Assembly (NCBI RefSeq): GCF_001194135.2
Contig: NC_068998.1
Coordinates: forward strand, 23,125,041 to 23,164,305
From: Octopus bimaculoides
Taxonomy: Eukaryota
Length of the DNA: 39,265 nt
Direction: 5' to 3'
The position numbers were made by a program, and so were the translations under genes. The notes under the pieces are model-generated. The model was not told where the DNA came from. It saw only the letters and a program-made list of their open reading frames with translations, and did not search any database. Of the stretch, positions 20,257 through 31,395 are shown piece after piece. The first letter of the stretch is position 1. Each line of letters starts with the position of its first letter.

Positions 20257-21747
20257 GTGAGCACTATTAAAGAAACAAATAATTAGACGTAAAATATTTA
20301 AAAAAATATTAGAAATGCGAATGAACGTGAAAATCTTATCAAGGGGCTAGTAGAAAACTGCCCGGGGGACAGTATTTCTGATATATGTTACTAGATACGT
20401 ATTTGGGGCAATTTGTTCAAATAGCTCACTTCTCTCAAATCTACATGTCTTGTTGTTAAATTAAAAACAGTAACTTATTTACATGAGCTTGCTTCAATTA
20501 CACGAATTGTTAGGAGACCAGTCAATCCGTCTAACAATTATAGTGGATTGGTATTCGATCAACGTGATGTCGTATAATGCCAGTTTCTACATAGTCAACA
20601 GAAGCACTGCTAATATGCTGGTAAGATTTCAAATGACCATGAACATTGCATATTCTTTTATTCTTCTACTTGTTTCAGTCTGCTGACTGCGGCCATGCCG
20701 GAACATCCCTTTAACTGTTTTTTTTTCATAAAGTCCTTGTTTTGCATTTATATATAAGTAATTAATAAATATGGATATCATATAGAACAAAATCATTTTT
20801 TATGATATAAATAAATTGTGTAATTGAAGTGTGGTAAGAACTGAGTTTCAAACGAACCAGCATCAAAGAGAATGTTACTAGATTAATCTTTCTTTCCTAC
20901 GGGTTCGCCTTTAATACATTCCTAGAATAAAGGTATTAATAGAGTTAACAATTCCTCACTCGTGAACATTTGTAATGCCAGAGATTTATAAAGCAATTTA
21001 AACTACGTGTCAATGTCTTGCCTGTTGTGCTACAGAGCTTTTTAAACAACATTCAGATATTTATTGATGGTTTATTATATTTGATGGGAGTAAAGTAACA
21101 GGAGAATGAAGCGAAGAGAAAAATATATGCATTGTCCAGGTTGTTTATGCATATATTGTTTTTTTATAAATAAATAAAATTGTAAGACTATTGATGGTGA
21201 TAAATGTGAAAAGAATCAGATGAAAATATACTTAGTGATAGATTACAAACATTCTCATTTCTTGTATTCTCTGTTTCTCTAGTTAGCTGTGCAAAAGCAA
21301 AGTACACCATGCTGCTAAACGTTGGTTATTAATCACAATCGTGAATTTAGAATCACCATATACACATAACTGGCTGAAATAGATATAATAGAAATAAAAC
21401 AAAATATGTAATTAATTATTCACACACTGTAGATAGAGAGAAATGTTGTGGCATCTGTATTTCAAAAATAGCTTGTAGGAGGAAAACACATGGGTAGAGA
21501 TAACTTGTTAGTCTATTTAGGAGAATCGTTCGTAACAGGCTGTAATTCAAAGTTTTTAAAAGGACCAACAAACAAGATTTACGTGAGAAAGCAGTAAAGT
21601 CGCACACCTCATGAAGTAATGACACCAAAACTCTTTTCTAGTTTATCATAGCGGATAAATAAATACGGATAACAATATATGACAGTAAAATGTCTTGAAA
21701 CGCTTCATTAGGCAAAACATTTTAGGATTGTTTTACAGTTGAAATAC

Positions 21748-21823
21748 CAAATATTTGTAAAAAATTGTAAAATGCCAAATATTTGTAAACATTTGTAAAT
21801 ATTTGTAAAATGTCAAATATTTG
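21748..21823. repeat. Short imperfect tandem array of ATTTGTAAA[C/T/A] and CAAATATTTG palindromes
   Basis: Three 10-mers in register at 21781-21810; palindrome at 21748, 21776 and 21814. Confidence 0.85.
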
Positions 21824-24479
21824 AAACTCCCAAACTCAGTAGGTATTTTAAATCAATACTAACGATCTTAATGTAGTGTTCAAAGAATTTCAATTACAGT
21901 GAGACCGATTTGGAAAACGGTCAGCTTCGTTCAATATCCTACATGCTACTCCACTGCATTCGTTTACTCTCAATTTTGTTTCCTAAAGTTGGCAAAAGGA
22001 AGATATCTTTTATCTTCATATAATGTAGTATATATATAGTATGGTGTGCCTTATTGACGAATGCATCTTTCTAAATTAGCAAGTAAATGGTTATTTAATA
22101 TATGTCAAAATATTTTCCTATTGATGTAATGATTCTAGCAGTAGAGTGTCCTAACCGATCTCTCACGTTTAGAGAAACATATCGAGAATAGGAATAAAAA
22201 ATCATTTCCTCGATATGTTCCTCCCTAAACAATATTCTTTTATCATCCTAGTACGGTTGATGACCAATCTACAACAAAATTCAGTAACATGTCCACAGCC
22301 CACAGACAAACTCATAAAAAATCATACAGTTCGCTACATAATCCTTGCTAAGAGACGATCATGTATATCCTGAAACTCAGATAGTTTATTTAATATTTGC
22401 CGCTACTATGATAATTACAAGTAGCATATTTATATGTCGTACTCTTCAGTTAATTAAAACTAGATAATCTACCCTCTAAGATTTAATTTTATAAATCAGG
22501 ACTCATAGCAGCTAAATGTTAACGCATAATTTCTAAAGCCATAAGTGTAGCTACAAGCGAAAGTTATACCTTCCAATTCAAATTCACACCCTCTTTCCAA
22601 CAAGAAACGTCTCTATATTGTTGATATGTAATTGTTTACATCGTAGACTGAAGTCTTTTTCCTGCACTGCATCATTTTATTTCTTTTCATTTTTTTTGTT
22701 TTGTTTTGTATATTTAACCATGCAAAACTAAAAACAGCTACAGATTTTGTGTTCCAAGAAAACGAAGAAATGCGCCAGTAGAATTAAATAATAACTGGCC
22801 GATTTGATTATTTTGTTTCTATATACACTGATTGACTCAAAATATTGTGTGGAATGCCCTTGCCTGACCAGCGCAGAATATTGACGATTTTCAACCCAAA
22901 TGTCATGATACCATAACCCTTCACTCTTCTAAGTTTTCCATGTCTCAATTTGGATGTTGTTGTCCATTATGGTCTCTTAACAGAAATTTAAACATTAACT
23001 TAGATACCAAGATATCAATCATACAAAACTTGAAAAAATGTAAGAAAAAATTACCGGAGTAACCACAAAGTTTTCAATATTTACTATGTAAAACCTGAGT
23101 TAGTTCTTTTAAGCTAATAACTACATGAATTTAAGCAGAATTTTTCGAAAGGTAATAGGATTTTGAAATTGATATCCTAATTTAAATACACGTGTTGTAA
23201 AATAGCCTGATTTGCACAATAATTTATGTTTATCATGGAGGATTTCTAAATTAACACTAATGACAAACAAATCTGACAGAAACTGGATACATTTACTCTC
23301 GAGTTTTGGATAGCTAGAACCAATATTGAAAGAAGTTTAACAAATTTGTTTCTCGGGAATTCTTCTTGTCACATCAAAAAAAAAAAAAAAATCTGCAAAC
23401 ATTTCGATACGATTTGCTGCCGCAGTAACAACAATAGTAGTACCAGCAGCATTAGCGGTGATAGTAGTAGTAGTAGTAGTACTAGTAGTAGTAGTAGTAG
23501 TAGTGACTTTCAGAATCATAACCATATAAAGTACCAAGAAAATGTATGTGAAAGTAATTGAAAATATTTGAAACAGTATCAAGTTCACACTGAAAAGAAG
23601 AAAATGACCAGAATATAAAAATAGTTTACAGTATACCGGCTTAATGTGTCAAATTAAAAACCAATACGTTTAGTGTATTTTTATCGTGAGATTAGCTCGT
23701 TTTAGTCCTATAGCACTCTGTATATTCATTGATTTTGTATGAACGTGAGAAATGTTCACTGGAATTTTGAAATATTTTGACCTGTTCGAAATATATATTT
23801 AAAAAAAAAAAAAAATCTGAGCAGAAAAATTACAAATCGCGGATCATGTATTCATGCCTCTGCCCTTTCATTAGACACCTCAGAATAGTGTTTTCATAAT
23901 TTTAGATCTTTTATTTCCGTCCTGATTTCAAATTTCTTTGTTGCGTTCCATATGCTTTCTATATGAATATTTATACGTAATTTTATGGGATATACTGCTG
24001 CTTCAACCAATAAGATTTCTATACTTTCAAGCAGTTTTCTCAAGCGTACGCAGTTTTATTAATTCATACACACCACAAACACATTCACATGCAGACACAG
24101 AAAGAAACAGACAGACACAGATACACACACACATGCACATACAAATATGTAAGTATATTTATATATGTATGCGTGTGTGTGCATGTGACAGAGAAGTGTG
24201 GCCTTTCTCCCTCCACTCCATCTAACTCAACTGTATTTCTCACTTATCCTCTCGTTTCCTTCTCACACTATTCTGGTATGGAAATCTAAATGTACTTATC
24301 TGCATACTGGTGTATATAAGGGACTGCATTGTGTGTTATTGTATTTTTGCCATTGAAGACAGCCAGTTGCATTATGTTGCATAATAAGGTATTTAGGGCC
24401 ATGTAATTAACGGCAGCTGGATTTCTCAAAATCGTATGCATCATATAAAACATAAATAATTTTTCATGTCTCATGCGTA

Positions 24480-24501
24480 ATTTATGTATATATATATATG
24501 G

Positions 24502-24537
<36 letters not shown>

Positions 24538-24802
24538 GTGCGTGTGTATTATATATATATATACATATATATAATGGTATATTTATGTATTTGTGTAGAT
24601 AGATAGATATCTACATCTGTATATGTGTGTATAAATTCACACATAGATGTATACGTAATATGCGTACACACATACCCGTGCATGTATAGGTACTTGCTTA
24701 TGAATGTAAAAATATAACCATGCGCTTACCTGTCCTAATGATTCTCTCTTTCTCTCTCGAACTGACTATATGAATCTAACTATATACCTATATGTATGTG
24801 TA

Positions 24803-24872
<70 letters not shown>

Positions 24873-25686
24873 NNNNNNNNNNNNNNNNNNNNNNNNNNNN
24901 NNNNNNNNNNNNNNNNNNNNNNNNNNNNNNNNNNNNNNNNNNNNNNNNNNNNNNNNNNNNNNNNNNNNNNNNNNNNNNNNNNNNNNNNNNNNNNNNNNNN
25001 NNNNNNNNNNNNNNNNNNNNNNNNNNNNNNNNNNNNNNNNNNNNNNNNNNNNNNNNNNNNNNNNNNNNNNNNNNNNNNNNNNNNNNNNNNNNNNNNNNNN
25101 NNNNNNNNNNNNNNNNNNNNNNNNNNNNNNNNNNNNNNNNNNNNNNNNNNNNNNNNNNNNNNNNNNNNNNNNNNNNNNNNNNNNNNNNNNNNNNNNNNNN
25201 NNNNNNNNNNNNNNNNNNNNNNNNNNNNNNNNNNNNNNNNNNNNNNNNNNNNNNNNNNNNNNNNNNNNNNNNNNNNNNNNNNNNNNNNNNNNNNNNNNNN
25301 NNNNNNNNNNNNNNNNTATATATATATATATATGCATATATATCAGTAGCAATATGATCATAGGGTACCGTTCTCAAGCATTTTATTCCTCTGTGTACGT
25401 TCATAGTTCTGCCCTTTCATTACGTTCGTCAATAACTTTGCATCATTTTATATATCTTATTTCGCTTTTTAACTTTTATGTTTTTGTGTTCTCTTTTATA
25501 TATGAATAAATATATACATTTTTTTCAGAGAACACATAGCTGCTTCAAGCAATACCTTTTGTGATCACTTTAAATATTTCTTCAACATTTACTGTTCTAC
25601 TAACATATGTGTGTGTTAGCTTATGTACATATGATCGTGCTTGGTTAACTATACATGCATGCATAAGTGTGTATGTACGTACACAC

Positions 25687-25723
<37 letters not shown>

Positions 25724-25990
25724 GAAACTCACTAACGCATACATACACACATGCACACACACATATATAACATGCATTTGTATATATAGATATATGCTAT
25801 ACAGATTTACGTGTCCGCGTGTGTGTGTGCATTGGTGTTTTCATGTATGAATGCAGACCTGTCTATGTGTATGGTGTGTGTTTGTGTTGCAGCACGTGTA
25901 TACCACTATCACGTACCAAAGTTGATTTTCAAAAAAAGCTAATTATTGTATCAGTTTATGCAATCCTCACTCGTAAATATGCTTTATCAC

Positions 25991-26072
<82 letters not shown>

Positions 26073-26094
26073 GTGTGAGAGAGAGAGAGAGATC

Positions 26095-26162
<68 letters not shown>

Positions 26163-26300
26163 TATAGATAGATAGATAGACAGAGAGACAGACATATATA
26201 TAAATAGATGATAGATAGATAAATAGATAGGTAGAGAGAGAGAGAGACAATGAGAGGGAGAGTGTGAGACATTGAGAGAGAAAGAGAGAGAGAGAGAGAA
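24480..26300. repeat. Microsatellite-dense block: (TG)n, (CA)n, (TA)n, (GA)n, (GATA)n around a gap
   Basis: Directly visible; source of many low-complexity ORFs. Confidence 0.95.
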
Positions 26301-28100
26301 ATATTGTAAGTTTTGCCCATTTATAACCCAGTTAATGTCCAACTTAATAGCAAATACCGACGTGGATTTTTAAAGGAATGTTGGGACTTCAAAGCCCACA
26401 GCAGTAGCAATTTGATTTTCAGTGAGATGCATCCAGATGTCATTAGTTTGTATGGTATTTCTTTGAAGAACTTGGCCATGTACCGTTTGAATATCATGCC
26501 ATCGTTCATTCCTATTTGATTTCTCTCAGGATAAGTTTGAATAATGCACGACCAATTGAGGTAAAAGCTAATGAGTAATGTAAGGTTTTTATGTAAGGAC
26601 AGCTCAACTATTGTAGATACCCTATGGTACGAGGGCCAATACTTTAGTGACTTGCGAAGTTGATACTCTTATTGTCTGGACATATAAAGAAATGCTCCCA
26701 GTGGTGTTAGAGGGAATATAATTTGGGTATTGTTAATGAATCCCAACAATCATATCCAGTCATGCCATATATTCAAGTATTTTTTTTTTCCATTTATTTT
26801 TGTATGATCCATGTGTAAATATCATCGCTGCCATTTAAGTTCGTGACTATAGTGAGCAGCAATATCCAAGGTGAGACATGACAAACTTACAAAGGTCAAG
26901 GATGATTTTGCCATGATCTGTGGGCTTAGAAAGTTTTAAAGCCTGATAAGCACATAGTGTAGGCTATACAGAATGCCCTTTCGACTTGTGCGTTGGAGTT
27001 TTGTTTGTTATCCATAGCATTTGAAGTTATTTCAAAATATGAGAGCCTTCTACGAGTAAAAACAAATACAACTGTTTAACCATATTCACTTTTTGGTTAT
27101 TTTTTCACCCATCAAATTGCACCATATATATATCAGATAAGAATTCTCATCCGTCATGTATAACCTAATCACTTCCTGGAGCTTTGAATCTAGTGCAACG
27201 ATTTCAATTGTACTAGCTTTGAAGGTATAGCCAATTATATTTCAGTAAATAATAAACAGAAGAGGCCCAATACAATGCTCTGGCAAACACCTGGAATTAA
27301 ATTTTTTACCGGTGTTGAGCAAATTCCATTGAAATAAACGTGCTGACTTCTGTTTATCCGAAAATATTTAAACCACTTCTTTAGCGTAACATAGACTTTG
27401 ATATTTTTGGTTTTCTGTCGGAAGCTTTACCAAATGAGCATGAATGACACTGTTGTTCAGCTCTCTCCCTGCGGATATAAAATGCCTTCAAATTGATAGA
27501 TAAGCTACGTTTAACGGTTTTTGTCACCACATAAAGAACACTAATTGGTGGATAAAGTGTTGATTTTTTTTCAGGAAGGTAGATATTTTTCATTTCACAA
27601 TCCCATCAAAAAAATTAAATAATATGAGACTATATAGAGATCGGACACTATTTCACTGCAAGGGACTTATTTCTCTTTTTGAAAAGTGGGAGAAAAAAAT
27701 GCTCAATAAAAACTTGAATTTAGCGTGTCCTACAGTGATTACCAAGAGTCTATGCAAGTTGATACATGCCTTTTCCCAAGCAGCAACAGAGAATCAACTA
27801 GGTTCTATTTCTTAAATTTGTTTCATTTTTAATTACTGCAATGACGTCCGCAGCACCGAAATGTTTGCCAGGGAGGATATGTTGAAAATTTATTTCATCG
27901 ATAATTTGTTTCAAAGCATCAGGACCAACGGAGACAGAGCGGTGCTACCTCTGAAGAATGTCTATTATAACGTTGGTATGATTTTTAGAGATGCAGTTTA
28001 CATTGATAGCTGACCCAATGGATTTAAATGTCCACTTATGCTTTCTTGTGCTGTGTTGTGCAAGGTTTTCAATGGCTCAGTATATAAAGCTTATCATTTT
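26300..28100 (-). mobile_element. Decayed CR1-like LINE ORF2 (RT and C-terminus)
   Basis: YPPISVLYVVTKTVKR (NYRPISL motif), KWFKYFRINRSQHVYFNGICS, frameshifted G..Q.IVLGPLLFIIY, EIVALDSKLQ (FADD position) and terminal FKRYMAKFFKEIPYK. Confidence 0.75.
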
Positions 28101-28583
28101 ATGTGGTGAATGACATTTAATATTTTACATACAAACCTACGCATAGTTAAAATGAGTAATATTTTATTTCAATAACATGAATATGAATTAACAAGAATAA
28201 GATTAATTTATATATATATATATATGCGATTTACTTTACATTCAACATAGTTTTATATATCTCAATACACTTTTGTTTCAGTTTTTCTGCTTTTTCTCTT
28301 CAGTTATAGAACGTTCTGTTGTTGGCCATTTATTCTATGAGGGAGTCTATCTTCATCTGTACGTCATGCCGATCTGTGCTCCATTCGGTTTCGTTTTTGA
28401 AGACCTCCACGCAAACACTGTGGAGGTTTCTTATTTATTTGGCAAACCATTCAAGAGCTGTGGGCCTGACGTTAGATGGAGGTGGAGGGTATCTTTGGTA
28501 CAATGCAACGGCGTTTATTCCGAGAGTTTCAATAACATTGGATTTCGAAATTAGGTACTAGACCTTTCAAAATTTTACATACG

Positions 28584-29073
28584 TGTGTATGAGACACGCG
28601 TCTCATACACAGATCATCAGTGATATTGGACTGAACTGAAGCGTAGTTAATCTGCACATCCTTTGATATCTCATGGACGGTAGTTTAACGTTTTTCCCTT
28701 ACAGTTAGCACGCAAATCTGCGACGCTTTTCTCGTCAATATCAACGTTTTTTTCGGCCATCTTGAAAACATTGAAACCATTCGTACACATGTATGCGGCT
28801 CATACACTCCTCTCCATACAGCTTCTGCAACTTTGCGTAGGCCTCTGAGCAGGTATCGCCATGACAGTCATCTCTGTCTCAGTTAATGCGACGATCACAC
28901 GCTAAACACCTTCCTTACAAGCACTGCAGTAAACAGCGGAACTGAGATACAACGTTAAATCTTAGTGCACATGTAGAGCAGAGTTTACGGTGAATCTTTG
29001 CTAACCGGCTTTACTCTGCGTGATTTAGCTTCGTTAGTATGGCAACGGTCCGATTACTTATTGATCAGAACTC

Positions 29074-29076
<3 letters not shown>
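28584..29076 (-). mobile_element. Truncated mariner transposon: one TIR and the transposase N-terminal HTH
   Basis: TIR-like end cgagttctgatcaataagtaatcggacc (about 29047-29074, minus); GDTCSEAYAKLQKLYGEECMSRIHVYEWFQCFQDGRKNVDIDE...DDLCMRRVS, where homology stops. Confidence 0.88.
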
Positions 29077-29135
<59 letters not shown>

Positions 29136-29170
29136 GAATGATATATAAATATATATGTATGCGTATATTT

Positions 29171-29209
<39 letters not shown>

Positions 29210-29393
29210 TACATTCATACATACATGCACACATAAAGAAATTTTGTTCAGTCTTAACAAATATTTTATCAAAGGCGTTGTCTTAAAAATGAAGATCACA
29301 CGAACCAAACTCTCCTCTGGTAACGACTAATAGCAATTGTCATTGTTTTTTAGTCTAGTTTCACCGTTAATTCTTTTCCCTTCCTCTCGCTAG

Positions 29394-29438
29394 AAGAGAA
29401 GGCGACATGAATTTATACTAACACTACATACACTTTCT
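29394..29438 (+). CDS. Candidate small exon (45 nt, phase 0-0)
   Basis: Strong pyrimidine tract ttcttttcccttcctctcgctag, donor TCT|gtaagt, only one open frame (KRRRHEFILTLHTLS). Confidence 0.25.
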
Positions 29439-30189
29439 GTAAGTATCTCACTGAAAATTCTTAAATGTTAAATATTTGAATTGTGTTTATCACACAGCTA
29501 CAATCACTTTTCCTTTATTCTGTCTTCGTAAACTTCACGGCCTCTCACCTTTTTGTTATAAACTTTCTTTCTGTTTCTCACCACTCAATCGACAACCTTT
29601 TGAACTGTCTTTGTAAACAGTAAAACTCTACGATCTTTTGAAATAAATATCATCATAAACAGTGCTGTTGAAATAATCTTTCCTTTATTTCGTTATTTCG
29701 TCCTCTTATACGATATATAAACGCCCTCAGTCTTTTTCTCTTACTTCTCTTTTGAAACTTTCCTCTGTTGTTTTCATATTCAACCGTCGTATCGGTTTGG
29801 AAACGTTACACGTTTTTAGTCTTTCAGCTACTAAATAATATCTCACACGTCTTTACACTTATTGCAAACGTTATACTTATTAAACCGCTCAGAAAAATAA
29901 TATCTTACACCACTTTGTATTTGTAATTCCTCCTCCTAAATTTGCAAGCCTTACCCATATTATATCTTTCAGCTACAAATAATATCGCACAACTCTTTAT
30001 ATTACGGGATATCAGCAAATTGACACCAACCGCTGCAGATTTGTAGTGAGCCAGATCAAGGGTAACAAAATGAAACGGATACATCAAAATTGTCAAATCG
30101 AGAAAGTTCGTCTCGTTATGCAAATGTGGATCATAGCTGAAAGATCACCGCAGAACAACCTTTTAGAGGGCGCCTGAAAAATGTAGAGC

Positions 30190-30720
30190 CAGTAAGGCCT
30201 ATTGCGCAAATTCCTATTTTCGCCTCCCTAAACAACATTATGAAACTAACAGACGAAGCGGTTAATGTTCTGAAATCTATGAAGATCAAACTGACGACAT
30301 CAAGAAGCAACTACAAACGCTTTTCGCCTAAAAACACCACTGGAAGCAACAATGGCCTGAGGGATAACAGTCAAACCAGAAATGTAGTGAATAACAGAGA
30401 CGGGAAACTAAGGGATACAGCCAGCAAATGTGATGATTCCCTCAAGTCCGATATTCAAATTCAAAACAAAATCAAAGAAAAAGGCATGAAATACCAAAAA
30501 AAGTAAATCGTACAAACACAGGAATAGAACCTAAGGGAGCCCCCACTGTCTGTGATTTCTGATGCTGACATAGAGAAAAGAGAAGAAACTGAAACTTTGC
30601 CTGTAACAACCCTTGTTGGAATAACAAGAAGATAACTGCTCACGGCAACAGCAGCAAGAAACCAGAAGAGGGAAAACATCAGACATGTATCGGCGGGGTC
30701 ACAATGCACCAATAGAGGAA
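30190..30720 (+). pseudogene. Purine-rich degenerate coding-like segment, possibly an R4/Dong N-terminal relic
   Basis: ASLNNIMKLTDEAVNVLKSMKI/TDDI loosely resembles the pre-RT region of REL retrotransposons. Weak. Confidence 0.3.
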
Positions 30721-31174
30721 AAATATAACATTCTATATGTCTCCAATCAATGTTTCAGGCTCAGTGAATACCGTTTCACGTTTACGAAAACTAGGAGGGT
30801 GGTATATGAAAAACCATAAGAAAATAAGAAAATGAAAAAAAAAAACAAAAACAAAACGTGAAGATCATTAATGCAAAACTGAGATGAGAAGAAAGGAAAG
30901 GAAAGTAAGAAAGCCAAGATCTGCGTCCGTTTTGTCTGTAGAAAGCATAACGAACATAGCCGATGTATGATGATATAACAGAGAGGAGATCAAAATCAAT
31001 GAGATAACCACTCAATCTGGAGAACGTCCGGTTTGACGAAAGAAACTTGTCCATGTCAATATTTTTGCATAAAAATTCGGATCTGAAATTAAGCAATATG
31101 GCGGATGTCATAGATCAAAAAATAATATGTAATATTTCAGCTATTCAAAATTTGCATCTATTTATATGTGGCGA

Positions 31175-31395
31175 TATGCGTGGGGATGCTTTAAAGTTCC
31201 TGGTTTTACGGGTGTCGCGAAAGGCCTGGTTGGAGCTCAAATGTCCCGAGTTCTTTAACAAGGTTCAGAAAACCTGAAGGACCGTTGTAATAAGTGTATG
31301 TATCTGAGGTGGGAATATGTTGAATAAAATGATACGTAATTGATTTCCAGTGTTGTCTTTTCTCCAAACCAGCTACTTTTCAGCATCCTCCCGTA
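31175..31395 (+). mobile_element. Mariner-derived MITE (~220 bp) with TA TSD
   Basis: Imperfect ~30-bp TIRs (ta-tgcgtggggatgctttaaagttcctggttt / aaaccagctacttttcagcatcctcccg-ta). Interior reads LKDRCNKCMYLRWEYVE*, a mariner transposase C-terminus. Confidence 0.85.

Noticed and set aside
23859-25422. Exact 15-mer tctgccctttcatta at 23859 and 25408 as a possible TSD
   Set aside because: My rough estimate is that a few exact 15-mer pairs are expected by chance in 39 kb of AT-rich DNA, and no element ends lie inside.
31047-31277. aatATGGCG start and ORF MADVIDQK...
   Set aside because: The 3' half of the ORF is MITE sequence; no good donor and no recognisable homology.
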